DNA from: Candidatus Tyrphobacter sp.
GTDB lineage: Bacteria; Vulcanimicrobiota; Vulcanimicrobiia; Vulcanimicrobiales; Vulcanimicrobiaceae
DNA length: 64,000 nt
Reading direction: 5' to 3'
Assembly (NCBI GenBank): GCA_050733755.1
Contig: JBOHTS010000013.1
Span: forward strand, 38,562 to 102,561
The translations under genes were made by a program, and so were the position numbers. The first letter of the stretch is position 1; each line of letters starts with the position of its first letter. Below are positions 8,824-18,241 of this stretch, one piece after another. The notes beneath the pieces were generated by a model that saw only the letters and a program-made list of their open reading frames with translations, did no database searches and was not told the DNA's origin.

Positions 8824-9738
8824 CTATGCGCTGTCCCCGCGCACGCCCTGGTCGAGCGAACGAAGGTAGACCTCCTGGAGCGACGGCTCGATCTGCTCGA
8901 ACTGCGAGATCGGTTCTGCGTCGACGAGCCGACGCAGGAGGAGCGCGCAGTCCGTCTCCGGCGCGAGGTCGTACGTCACCGCCGCATCGTCGTTCTCGAC
9001 GATGCGTGCGCCTGCGTCCGATGCCACGAGCGCTCGCACGGCCGTCGTGTTCGGGGCGATGCGGACGCGACGGACGGGCCATCCTTTGCGGAGTTGCGCG
9101 AGCGTTCCGCGAGAACGAAGCGTGCCGCGATCGATGATGCAGAACTCATCGCAGAGGCTCTCGAGCGCGAACATCTCGTGACTGGAGAGCACAAGCGTCG
9201 CTCCGGTCCTCTTCATCTCGACGAGAAGGTCGCGCAGGATGCCGGCGTTGACCGGATCGAGGCCGGTAAACGGCTCGTCCAAGATGAGAAGATCGGGACG
9301 ATGGACCACCGCACAGGCGAATTGAACCTTCTGCTGATTCCCCTTCGAAAGCTCGGAGCAAGGGCGCTGGGCGTACTCCGTCAGTGCGAGGCGCTCGATC
9401 CATTCGTCGCAGACCTGCCGCGCGTTCTGCGCGCGCAGGCCGCGAAGCCGGCCGAGATACTCGATGTGATCGCGAACGCGCATCCTCCCGTAGAGGCCGC
9501 GTTCCTCCGGAAGGTATCCGAAGCGCCGGCGCATGCGCTCTTCGACGCGCGTGCCATTCCACGAGATCGTCCCCGAATCGGGAGCGATGATCCCGACGAT
9601 CATGCGCATGAGCGTCGTCTTTCCCGCGCCGTTCGGTCCGAGTAGGCCGAAGGTCGTCCCATCGCGCAGATCGAGGCTGATGCTTCGCGCCGCGGTGACG
9701 CTTCCGAATTGCTTCGTGACCTCGACGATGTCGAGCAT
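8824..9738 (-). CDS. ABC transporter ATP-binding protein (NatA-like)
   Basis: 'MLDIVEVTKQFG...LLGPNGAGKTTLMRMI', signature 'LSKGNQQKVQFA', Walker B 'LLILDEPFTGLD'. The ATG at 9738-9736 overlaps the upstream stop by 1 nt. The track ORF extension to 10440 was rejected. Confidence 0.9.
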   Translation of the reverse strand: MLDIVEVTKQFGSVTAARSISLDLRDGTTFGLLGPNGAGKTTLMRMIVGIIAPDSGTISWNGTRVEERMRRRFGYLPEERGLYGRMRVRDHIEYLGRLRGLRAQNARQVCDEWIERLALTEYAQRPCSELSKGNQQKVQFACAVVHRPDLLILDEPFTGLDPVNAGILRDLLVEMKRTGATLVLSSHEMFALESLCDEFCIIDRGTLRSRGTLAQLRKGWPVRRVRIAPNTTAVRALVASDAGARIVENDDAAVTYDLAPETDCALLLRRLVDAEPISQFEQIEPSLQEVYLRSLDQGVRGDSA

Positions 9739-11126
9739 TACTCGATGGCCGGCGTTCGCGTGCGGAAGCGAAGCGAGAGGAGCGCCATCGCGATCGCTGC
9801 GACGCTGAATCCGACGTAGTATGAGAGATCGCCGAGTTGAGGAAACGCTCGCGCGACCGGTCCGACGAACCATGCTTGATTCCAAAACGGTGCCGAGAGT
9901 GCCAGCCCGACGAGCCACGCCGCGAGGCCGGCGCGCCAGCGTGACGCACGCTGCGGATCGCCGTCGCCGCGCATCCACCAGTCCACGAGCACGACGCCTG
10001 CCCACGGCGAGGCCCAATACGAGAGCAAGAGGAGAAAGTTCGTGTACGCTCCTGCGGTCTGCGCCGGATTGCCGCCTCGCGTTGCGAGCACCGCCCCGAT
10101 GACGCCGACGGCGAGGGCGGCAACCGCGCGTTTGACGCGCACGTCGAAGGCGACGAGCGCCGCGAGCGATCCGGAGTAGAGATTCATGCAGTTCGCGGTG
10201 AGCGTTCCGAGAACGACCGCAACGAGAACGACTTTGGCGACCCACCCGGTTCCAAGCAGCGCGGAGACGGCTTGCGTCGGAAGTGCGGTCGTGAAGTCGA
10301 CGCCGTGCGCGGCCGTCACGACCGCAGCGCCCATGATCTCCAGCGCGATGCACGGCAACGCGCAGCCGGCGAACGAATACCACCAGATCGCGCGCGGGTT
10401 CGTCGCCGCGGGAAGGTAGCGCGAGTAATCCGAGGCACACGGTACCCAGCCAAGCGCATACGAGAACGTCAACGCGGTCGCAAAGATGAATCCGCCGATC
10501 GCGCCGCCGCCTGCGGAGGGCGCGTGCGCGTTGAAGGGCAGGTTCCAGCGTGCGTGCTCGAACGTGACGACGCCGAGTGCGAGGAATCCGAGCGCGAGCA
10601 GCACGACGCTCGCGCGCTCGAAGAGATGGATGAGATTGTAGCCGTAGACCGCGAGAATGACTTGAAGCGCGAGCATGACGCCTAGCGCGATTGCATATGG
10701 AAGTCCGGCGAGCGTTTGCAGCGCGTAAGCACCGAAGACGGTATTAATCGCAAACCAGCCGACGCCCGCGAGGAAACTCAGCGCCGCAGGTGCCACGTTT
10801 CCGCTTCTTCCGAATGCCAATCGGCCCGCAACCATCTGCGGCACGCCGTAGCGCGGGCCCATCCCTGCGAGGAATCCCAGAATGGCGAAGCCGACGACGT
10901 TGCCGATTGCGATGCCGATCGCCGCGCCGCGAAGGTTCGTGCCGTAGAACGCCGCGATCGTCAGGCCGACCATCCACGTTGCGATCTCTGCGTTGGCGGA
11001 AAACCACACGCCGAAGAGATGCCAGGGACGCCCGTGGCGCTGCGCGTCGGAGACGCGCTCGATGCCGGTCGGCTCGACTTTGAGAACTTGATCCTTGTAG
11101 ATGGGCTCCGGCGCCGGCGGCGTCAC
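9738..11126 (-). CDS. NCS1 family (purine-cytosine type) permease
   Basis: 12-TM protein with 'RHGRPWHLFGVWFSANAEIATWMVG', typical of CodB/NCS1. The start overlaps the pncA stop (ATGA at 11123-11126). Confidence 0.85.
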   Translation of the reverse strand: MTPPAPEPIYKDQVLKVEPTGIERVSDAQRHGRPWHLFGVWFSANAEIATWMVGLTIAAFYGTNLRGAAIGIAIGNVVGFAILGFLAGMGPRYGVPQMVAGRLAFGRSGNVAPAALSFLAGVGWFAINTVFGAYALQTLAGLPYAIALGVMLALQVILAVYGYNLIHLFERASVVLLALGFLALGVVTFEHARWNLPFNAHAPSAGGGAIGGFIFATALTFSYALGWVPCASDYSRYLPAATNPRAIWWYSFAGCALPCIALEIMGAAVVTAAHGVDFTTALPTQAVSALLGTGWVAKVVLVAVVLGTLTANCMNLYSGSLAALVAFDVRVKRAVAALAVGVIGAVLATRGGNPAQTAGAYTNFLLLLSYWASPWAGVVLVDWWMRGDGDPQRASRWRAGLAAWLVGLALSAPFWNQAWFVGPVARAFPQLGDLSYYVGFSVAAIAMALLSLRFRTRTPAIE

Positions 11127-11695
11127 GAGCGAACGATCGCGTGCGAGTCGCAGAACTCGGCCCCACGCTCGCGCATCGCGTGCAGCGCGCGCGCTTCGTC
11201 GCCGGGCTCGAGGTCGATCGCCGCGACTGCGTCGGTGACGACGACGGTGGAGAATCCCGCATCGGCGGCATCGAGCACGGTGTTCTTGACGCAGTAGTCC
11301 GTCGCGAGTCCCGCGATGAAGATGCGGCGAATACCGCGTTCGCGAAGACGGCGTGCGAGCATCGTGCCCGCGAAGGCGCTGTAGCCGTCGGTGTTCGGAT
11401 CGGTGCCTTTATCGACGATCTCGTCGACCTCGTCCGCATGGAGAAGCGGCGAGAACTCGGCTCCGGCGGTTCCCTGGATGCAGTGGAAGGGCCATGGCCC
11501 GCCGTAGGCCTGGAAGTACGCGTGATGACGCGGGTGCCAGTCGCGCGAGCCGACGACGTACGAGAAGAGCGGCATCAGGCGATTGATCGGGTCGAAGATC
11601 CGGTTCCCGTCGGGAACGGCGAGCGACCCGCCGGGGAGAAAGTCGTTCTGGGGGTCGACGACGAGGAGTGCGTCCGTCTCTTCAAGCCGATACAT
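11123..11695 (-). CDS. pncA: Nicotinamidase/pyrazinamidase (isochorismatase family)
   Basis: 'LLVVDPQNDFLPGGSLAV', 'SRDWHP', 'FHCIQGTAGAEF' and the catalytic-Cys context 'IAGLATDYCVKNT'. Confidence 0.85.
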   Translation of the reverse strand: MYRLEETDALLVVDPQNDFLPGGSLAVPDGNRIFDPINRLMPLFSYVVGSRDWHPRHHAYFQAYGGPWPFHCIQGTAGAEFSPLLHADEVDEIVDKGTDPNTDGYSAFAGTMLARRLRERGIRRIFIAGLATDYCVKNTVLDAADAGFSTVVVTDAVAAIDLEPGDEARALHAMRERGAEFCDSHAIVRS

Positions 11696-11751
11696 CGTCG
11701 CGGTCGCCGTTTCGCCAGGCCCGAAGCCATCTTCCTATCGAAACCCAGCCC

Positions 11752-12027
11752 ATGGATACTTCGCAGTTTACGCCGGACCAACTGCACGGTTTTGCCGGGC
11801 TCATCCTCAGTGTATGGATCGTCATCGTCTGCATTGCAATCGTGGCACGGATCCTGACGGTCTGGTTCTTCTGGCGCATCTTCGAGCGGGCCGGCTTCAG
11901 CGGTGCGATCTCGCTCATCAACCTCATCCCGATCGGCACCGTCGTGAGCGTGCTCATCCTTGCCTTCGCACAGTGGCCGAACGGATCGGCGGGAAGCGCG
12001 CCGAGAACGCCCGTTCCGACTGGATAG
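11752..12027 (+). CDS. Small membrane protein (2 TM), function unknown
   Basis: Internal ATG at 11752. 'LILSVWIVIVCIAIVARILTVWFFWRIFERAGFSGAISLINLIPIGTVVSVLILAFAQWP' resembles a widespread small-membrane-protein motif. Confidence 0.45.
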   Translation: MDTSQFTPDQLHGFAGLILSVWIVIVCIAIVARILTVWFFWRIFERAGFSGAISLINLIPIGTVVSVLILAFAQWPNGSAGSAPRTPVPTG

Positions 12028-12039
12028 GTCTCGGCGGCG

Positions 12040-13461
12040 TTAGGAGCGCACCCAGGCTTCGACCGCGTCTGCCTTCGAGGGAAGGATCGCGCTGAGGTTC
12101 TCGCAGCCGTCGTTCGTGACGACGATGTCGTCTTCGATGCGCACGCCGATCCCGCGCAGAGCCTCCGGCACCGTTGCGTCGTCGGGCTGGAAGTAGAGTC
12201 CCGGCTCGACGGTGAGCGCCATGCCGCCGCGCAGGGTGCCGTACCGATACTGCTCCGACCGAGCGCGCGCGCAATCGTGGACGTCGATTCCGAGCATGTG
12301 ACTGACGTTGTGCAGCGTGTAGCGTTTGAAGTACTGATGCTCGGGCTCGAGCGCGTCGTCCGCAGAGCAGCGTAACACGCGCAGGTCGACCAGACCCTGC
12401 GCGAGCACGCGCATCGCTGCGCGATTAGGTTCCAGGAAGTCGTTCCCCGGGAGGCAGGCTTCGATGCCGGCGCGCTGCGCCTCGTAGACGATCTCGTAGA
12501 CCGCGCGCTGCTCCGGCGAGAAGCCTCCACCGATCGGCAGCGTTCGCGTCACGTCCGCCGTGTAGAGCGAATGACACTCGACGCCCGCATCGAGCAGGAG
12601 TAGGTTTCCGCGCTCGATGGCACCATCGTTTTTCGTCCAATGCAGCGTGCAGGCGTGCGCGCCTGCAGCCGCGATCGTGAGGTAGCCGGTATCGTTTGCC
12701 TCGATGCGCGCGCGTCGCCAGAACGCCGTTTCGATTTCGCGCTCGGTGCTCGCCGTGCGCAGAGCGTCGATTGCGTCATCGAAGCCTCGCTTCGTGATCT
12801 CGACGGCCAATCGCAGTTGCGCGATCTCGTACTCGTCCTTGATGAGGCGCATTTCCGAGAGATGCGTCGCGAACTCCGCATCGCCGTCGCCTTCGGGAAG
12901 GCGCGCGTCGATCTCGGCGTTCGCGCCGCGCAGCACGCGTGTGGCGTGCCGGTGAGATCGCAGCGCGTCGAGATAGGCCTCGACGCCGTCGAGCGGCTCG
13001 CAGCCGTCGACGCCGTAGTACGCCTTGCTCTCCTCGACCCCCCGATGGCTGCCGATCCACAACTCGCCGCGAATGCGATCGGTAAAGGCGGCCTTCGTGC
13101 CCCGATTGTGCGGTGCGACGAAGAGCCGCGTGCGATGGTCGCTTCCCTGCGGCTCGAAAACGAGTAGCGCATCGGGCTCGCCGCCTCCGGTGAGATATGC
13201 GAAATCGCTCGAGGGCCTGAAGCGGAAGTACTCGTCGTTCGCGCGCACGTGCTTGGCGCCGGCGGGAACGACGAGGTAGACGCCGGGATATGCCGCGCAA
13301 AGCGCGGCCCTGCGCCGCAGGAAGCGTTCGAGCTGCGGATGGGCCAGGCGATCCGCCGGACGCTCGATCCAGTCGCTCGACATGAACTGCACGAGCGCGT
13401 CGGGCGGCTCAAGATCGTGCGCGGCGCGCTGCGGCGTCGTTCTCTCCAACTGCGAATCCAT
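12040..13461 (-). CDS. pepP: Xaa-Pro aminopeptidase (M24B)
   Basis: AMP_N-like N-terminus plus M24 metal-ligand motifs: 'LLLLDAGVECHSLYTADVTRT', 'HNVSHMLGIDVHD', 'GMALTVEPGLY', 'GIGVRIEDD'. Confidence 0.9.
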   Translation of the reverse strand: MDSQLERTTPQRAAHDLEPPDALVQFMSSDWIERPADRLAHPQLERFLRRRAALCAAYPGVYLVVPAGAKHVRANDEYFRFRPSSDFAYLTGGGEPDALLVFEPQGSDHRTRLFVAPHNRGTKAAFTDRIRGELWIGSHRGVEESKAYYGVDGCEPLDGVEAYLDALRSHRHATRVLRGANAEIDARLPEGDGDAEFATHLSEMRLIKDEYEIAQLRLAVEITKRGFDDAIDALRTASTEREIETAFWRRARIEANDTGYLTIAAAGAHACTLHWTKNDGAIERGNLLLLDAGVECHSLYTADVTRTLPIGGGFSPEQRAVYEIVYEAQRAGIEACLPGNDFLEPNRAAMRVLAQGLVDLRVLRCSADDALEPEHQYFKRYTLHNVSHMLGIDVHDCARARSEQYRYGTLRGGMALTVEPGLYFQPDDATVPEALRGIGVRIEDDIVVTNDGCENLSAILPSKADAVEAWVRS

Positions 13462-13553
13462 CGCGGGAAGGCTTCACGGCCGCCCGGGTCGGCTCCCGTG
13501 CCCCGCTGAAAGTCATTGTCACTTTTTGCCGGCTCCCGCATGCTTGACGCGTC

Positions 13554-14108
13554 ATGTTCGCACAAGTAGGCAAGCCGGCTCCAAGCTTCACGCTCCCGAG
13601 CACGAAAGGCGCGACCGGTCCCGGAGACCTGGGGGAACCAATTTCACTTGCGGATTACCGGGGCAAGTGGCTCGTATTCTTCTTCTATCCCCTCGACTTC
13701 ACGCTCGTCTGTCCCACGGAGATCCGCGCGTTCTCCGACAAATACGACGCGTTCAAAGGTCTCGATGCCGAAATTCTCGGCTGCTCGACCGACTCCGTCT
13801 ATAGCCATTGGGCGTGGCTGACGCTTCCGCGCGAGCGCAACGGCATCGAGGGGACGCGCTATCCTCTCGCCGCCGATTTCACAAAAGAGGTCGCGCGCGC
13901 GTACGGCGTTCTCGACGAATCCAGCGGCGCCGCGCAACGCGGGCTCTTCATCGTCGATCCGAACGGCCTCCTGCGGTACGCGGTCGTCGCCGACGAGAAC
14001 GTCGGACGGAGCGCCGAGGAGACGCTGCGCGTACTCCAAGCGCTGCAAACGGGCGCCCTTTGTCCTGCCGATTGGAAGCCCGGCGCGAAGCTCCTACAGC
14101 CCGCGTAA
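13554..14108 (+). CDS. Typical 2-Cys peroxiredoxin (AhpC/Tsa)
   Basis: Peroxidatic Cys 'FFFYPLDFTLVCPTEI' and resolving Cys 'GALCPADWKPG'. Confidence 0.9.
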   Translation: MFAQVGKPAPSFTLPSTKGATGPGDLGEPISLADYRGKWLVFFFYPLDFTLVCPTEIRAFSDKYDAFKGLDAEILGCSTDSVYSHWAWLTLPRERNGIEGTRYPLAADFTKEVARAYGVLDESSGAAQRGLFIVDPNGLLRYAVVADENVGRSAEETLRVLQALQTGALCPADWKPGAKLLQPA

Positions 14109-14110
14109 GC

Positions 14111-17100
14111 CTAGTCGGGCGGACGGCGCCGACGCCGAGGGTGAGACGGCTTTGCGATCGTCGCACGCATCGGCTTCAGACGGCGCGCGACGAGGAGCGC
14201 GTTCGTTGCGCGAAGTTGCGTCGTGAAGAGCGCGCGCGTCTGCACGTCGAGGCGCTGTGAGTCTTGGCCGTAGAGATCGATGAGCGCCTGCTGCGCCTGC
14301 GTCGGAGGCCCGAGGAACGTTGGAAGGATGTGCTCCTGATAGGCGATTTGGTCGACGAGCGCCGCGGGATGCTTGTAGCCGCTGTTCTGACTTCCGTTTC
14401 CGTTGCGCAGCGCGTCGCGTGCCGCGTCGAGCTGCGTTTCGTATGCCGAAAGTGCGCGCCGCAGCGCGCGATCGCGGGTTCGCTTGCTGCGGTCTGCGAT
14501 CTGCGCGTCGAGCGATGCGATCGTCGCGATCTCGATCTCGCCTTGCTCTTGCATGCGCGCGAGATCGTCGAGTGCGTCGTAGTGCGCGCGGAGTGCGGAG
14601 AGCGATGCGCGCGACGACGGATCGAGCCGCACCTGGAAGGGAGCCTGCATCGACTGCTTTGCAACGGTCAAGCGCACGGCATACCCTCCGGGAAGCACCT
14701 GCGGCCCCTGGATCGTCAGGGGATAGAAGACGTAGTATGCGCGGTTGTCCTGAATGGCGTTCTTTCCGCCCGGACGGTCCGCATGGAATCCCCAGACGAC
14801 GCGGTTGATGCCGGGCGTCGCGGTCGCGTCGAGCGAGCGCACGAGCGCGCCGTGCGCGTCGAGAATCGAGAGCGTGACCTTCGGTCCGCGAGCCTTGCGC
14901 GCGCGCGGCGGAAGGTAGTAGGAGATGAGCGCTCCGTACGGACGATTGTCGGAGACGAACGCGCCCCGTCCCGTCTCGTACGTCGGCCGCGGCACGTACC
15001 GGTATGCGGGCATCGGAGGATAGAGCGCGGGGATGTTTGCAGCGGTCTGCGCGAGGTCTTCGAGCGGCGTGATGTCGTCGAGTATATAGAAGCCGCGTCC
15101 ATGCGTTCCCAAGATGAGGTCGTCGAAGACCGGCTGAATTTTTAGATCGTAGACGGGAACCGGCGCCAGGCCGAGCATGAGGCTCTGCCAATGCCCGCCG
15201 TCGTCGAACGAGACGCTGACGCCCTGCTCCGTTCCGGCGAAGAGGAGGTTCGTCTGACGCGGGTCTTGCCGGATGACGTGAACGTAACTGGGCAGCCCTT
15301 TCGCGATGTTTTGCCACGTTCGTCCGTAGTCGGTCGTCACGTAGACGTACGGCCGGTCGTCACCGAGCTCGTGACGATCGAACGAGACGTACGCGGTGCC
15401 CGCGGTTACCGCGGACGCATCGATCGAAGAGACGAGCGACAACGCAGCGAGGCCGGGAACGTTGCCGACCACGTTCGTCCAGTTCGCACCGCCGTCGCGC
15501 GTGATCCAGAGATTCCCGTCGTCCGTTCCGGCCCAGAGCGTCGAGAGGCTCCGCGCATCCTCCGAAATTGCGTAGATCGTGCAGTACGTCTCGGCGTTCG
15601 TGTCGTCGCGCGAGATCGGCCCTCCGCTGGGAAGAAGCCAGCGCGGATTGCACGGCTGCGAAAGGTCGGGACTGATCGCCGCCCAGGTTGCCCCGCCGTC
15701 CGTCGTCTTGAAGAGCACGTTACCGCCGAAGTAGAGGACGCGGGGATCGTGCGGCGAGATGTAGAGCGGCGCGCTCCAGTTGAAGCGATAGCGATACGCG
15801 TTCGCGCCCGTACCGAAGCTAATCAGCGGTTGCGGCGAGATGTACCGCGCCTCTCCCGTGCGGAGATTGCGGCGCACGAGGTCGCCGAAGTGCGTATCTT
15901 CGTAGACGATGTTCGGATCGCGCGGATCCGCCATCGCGTACTGCCCGTCGCCCCAATCCGAGATGTTGCGCCACGCGCCGCCGGGGACGCCGCCGTACTC
16001 GCCGTCGTTCCACAGCGTGTTCGGTCCCCACCAGACTTCGTGGTCCTGCATGCCGCCCATGATGTGGTATGGGATGTCGAGATCGTAGCCGACGCGATAG
16101 ACTTGTGCGAAAGGAACGACGTTGTCGTAACTCCACGTCGAACCGCCGTCGAGCGTGAACTCAAAGCCCATGTCGCTGCCGCCGAGTATCCGCTGCGGGT
16201 TCGTAGGATCGATCCAAAGATCGTGATTGTCGCCGCCGCCGCCGAAGCTCGAAAACGTCTTTCCACCGTTGGTCGAAACTTGATTCTCGCCGGTGATGTC
16301 GTAGACGCGGTTGGGATTGCGCGGATCGACGCGTATCTGTGAGAAATAGAAGGGGCGAAAGTCGAGTTCTTCGTCGGCGTTCATGGCGGTCCAGTGCGCG
16401 CCGCCGTCGCTCGAACGATAGAGCAGTCCCGTCTTCGTCGGCACGAGCGCATAGACGACGTTCGGGTGCGAAAAGCAGAGCGCGACGCCGACGCGATTGA
16501 TCACGCCGCCGGGCAGCCCGTCGTGAAGCGAAGGATCGGTAAGTCTGCGCCAGGTTCGGCCGTTGTCGCTCGACCGGTAGAGGCCGCTCCCCGGTCCGCC
16601 GCCGCGAAACGTCCACGGACGACGGATGAAGTCGAAGGTTCCGGCGTAGACGACGGTCGGATCCTGGGGATCGAAGGCGACGTCGCTGCCGCCGGTCGTC
16701 GGGTTCACGTAGAGGACGCGCTGCCACGTCTTGCCGCCGTCCTGTGTCCGGAAGATGCCGCGATCTCCTCCCGGCGCGAACTCGTGGCCGAGCGCGGCGA
16801 CGAGCGCAACGTTCGCGACGCGCGGATCGACGGCGATCTTTGCGACGTGCCGGCTATCACGCAAGCCGGAGAAGCGCCACGTCTTTCCCGCATCGCGCGA
16901 GACGAAGATGCCGTCTCCCGGCGATGCGGTATTTCGCGGAAAGCCTTCGCCCGTACCGACGTAGAGAACCCGCGGATCCGACGGCGCCACGGCGAACGCG
17001 CCGATCGCGGTCGACGTTCCTTGCGAGAAGATCGATGCGAACGTCAATCCTCCGTCGGTCGATTTGTAGAGTCCGCCGGAGGAATGGCCCAGATAGATCG

Positions 17101-17305
17101 TGCGCGGGTCGCCGGGGATGCCGGCGACGACGTCGAGACGCCCGCCCATCTGCGCCGGTCCTACCCAGCGCCACTTCAAAGCGCCGAAGTCGCGTGCGGC
17201 GGGAACGCGCACCGGGGCGGGCGAGCGAGGCGCGCCCTGCCTGGCACACGCAGCGAGCACGCATAGAAAGAACGCGCTCGCGATGCGGTGAACTCTGCGC
17301 GGCAT
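14111..17305 (-). CDS. ~1064-aa lipoprotein with about 11 BNR/Asp-box repeats (sortilin/VPS10-like beta-propeller), paralogue 1
   Basis: Lipobox 'FLCVLAAC'. Repeated S-x-D-x-G-x-T-W boxes: 'STDGGLTF', 'SRDAGKTW', 'TQDGGKTW', 'SSDNGRTW', 'SSDGGAHW', 'TLDGGSTW', 'TTDGGATW', 'TRDGGANW', 'TTDYGRTW', 'SFDDGGHW'. Confidence 0.85.
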   Translation of the reverse strand: MPRRVHRIASAFFLCVLAACARQGAPRSPAPVRVPAARDFGALKWRWVGPAQMGGRLDVVAGIPGDPRTIYLGHSSGGLYKSTDGGLTFASIFSQGTSTAIGAFAVAPSDPRVLYVGTGEGFPRNTASPGDGIFVSRDAGKTWRFSGLRDSRHVAKIAVDPRVANVALVAALGHEFAPGGDRGIFRTQDGGKTWQRVLYVNPTTGGSDVAFDPQDPTVVYAGTFDFIRRPWTFRGGGPGSGLYRSSDNGRTWRRLTDPSLHDGLPGGVINRVGVALCFSHPNVVYALVPTKTGLLYRSSDGGAHWTAMNADEELDFRPFYFSQIRVDPRNPNRVYDITGENQVSTNGGKTFSSFGGGGDNHDLWIDPTNPQRILGGSDMGFEFTLDGGSTWSYDNVVPFAQVYRVGYDLDIPYHIMGGMQDHEVWWGPNTLWNDGEYGGVPGGAWRNISDWGDGQYAMADPRDPNIVYEDTHFGDLVRRNLRTGEARYISPQPLISFGTGANAYRYRFNWSAPLYISPHDPRVLYFGGNVLFKTTDGGATWAAISPDLSQPCNPRWLLPSGGPISRDDTNAETYCTIYAISEDARSLSTLWAGTDDGNLWITRDGGANWTNVVGNVPGLAALSLVSSIDASAVTAGTAYVSFDRHELGDDRPYVYVTTDYGRTWQNIAKGLPSYVHVIRQDPRQTNLLFAGTEQGVSVSFDDGGHWQSLMLGLAPVPVYDLKIQPVFDDLILGTHGRGFYILDDITPLEDLAQTAANIPALYPPMPAYRYVPRPTYETGRGAFVSDNRPYGALISYYLPPRARKARGPKVTLSILDAHGALVRSLDATATPGINRVVWGFHADRPGGKNAIQDNRAYYVFYPLTIQGPQVLPGGYAVRLTVAKQSMQAPFQVRLDPSSRASLSALRAHYDALDDLARMQEQGEIEIATIASLDAQIADRSKRTRDRALRRALSAYETQLDAARDALRNGNGSQNSGYKHPAALVDQIAYQEHILPTFLGPPTQAQQALIDLYGQDSQRLDVQTRALFTTQLRATNALLVARRLKPMRATIAKPSHPRRRRRPPD

Positions 17306-17822
17306 GAATCTTGCCCGTTTCGCCGCCGCGATTGCGGCGCCCGTCTTGCTCGCACCCGCTCTTGCCTTCGGTGCGCCGACCGCCGACCAGACTCCGGGCG
17401 TTCAAGCCCTCTATAGCGCGCAATGTGCCGATCTTCTGGCAGGGAATTGGGATGCGTTCGAAAGCACGCTGAGCCCGAACTTCGTCGCGCACGTCGGCGG
17501 CTCGTCCTATAGCCGCGATCAGATCATTGGGTTTGAAAAGAGTGCGCGGGCACAAGCCTCGTTTACGGCGTGCACTGCGACGGTCGACTCCGCAACGCTC
17601 GAAAACGGCGTCGTCATCGCGATCGCTCGCCACGACGTCGTGGCAACCGCGAGCGGACACGCGATTACGCTCGGCGATGGAACGCGCGATATGTGGACGC
17701 CGCAAGGCGCTTCCTACGTCGAGACCTCGTCGACGCAGACGTGGTCGACGGTCACGGTCGACGGACGCGTCGTCCATCAGTCCGGTGACGTACCGTCCCC
17801 CTCCCCGTCTGGTTCGCCGTGA
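17304..17822 (+). CDS. Secreted protein, NTF2/SnoaL-like (tentative)
   Basis: Signal peptide 'MNLARFAAAIAAPVLLAPALAFG'. The ~150-aa mature part resembles the SnoaL/DUF4440 pattern ('LLAGNWDAFESTLSPNFVAHV'). The stop overlaps the doxX start. Confidence 0.55.
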   Translation: MNLARFAAAIAAPVLLAPALAFGAPTADQTPGVQALYSAQCADLLAGNWDAFESTLSPNFVAHVGGSSYSRDQIIGFEKSARAQASFTACTATVDSATLENGVVIAIARHDVVATASGHAITLGDGTRDMWTPQGASYVETSSTQTWSTVTVDGRVVHQSGDVPSPSPSGSP

Positions 17823-18241
17823 ATCCGTTCACGCCGGCAGAGACGAGCCCGCGCACCAGCCTCGCGTTGCTGCTCGTTCGCGCGATCGTCGGCGTCGGCT
17901 TCATCTTTCACGGGCTCATGAAGGTTCCGTATCCGACGATGTGGATGGGACCGCACGGCTTCGCACCGCACTGGCTCCAAGGCATCGTAACGTTCGTGGA
18001 GACCATCGGCGGCGCATGCATCATCTGCGGACTCCTCACTCCGCTCTTCGCCTTTTTGCTGAGCATCGACATGATCGTCGCGATCTTCAAGTTTCATATC
18101 CCAGCCGGCGGACACTTCGTCGGAGGGCGCGCGGCATTCGACGTGCCGCTTACGTATCTCATCGTGATGATCGCGACGCTCGTCGGCGGTCCCGGACTCT
18201 TCTCGCTCGACGCGGCACTGTGGCGGCGCAGGCCGCGCTAA
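17819..18241 (+). CDS. DoxX family membrane protein
   Basis: 4 TM helices. 'LLLVRAIVGVGFIFHGLMKV...' is the typical DoxX N-terminus. GTGA overlap with the upstream gene. Confidence 0.8.
   Translation: MNPFTPAETSPRTSLALLLVRAIVGVGFIFHGLMKVPYPTMWMGPHGFAPHWLQGIVTFVETIGGACIICGLLTPLFAFLLSIDMIVAIFKFHIPAGGHFVGGRAAFDVPLTYLIVMIATLVGGPGLFSLDAALWRRRPR

Noticed and set aside
9739-10440. N-terminal 234-aa extension of the ABC ATPase ORF in the track
   Set aside because: The extension is Arg-rich nonsense that overlaps the 3' half of the NCS1 permease in another frame. The conserved ABC N-terminus 'MLDIVEVTKQFG' begins at ATG 9738.
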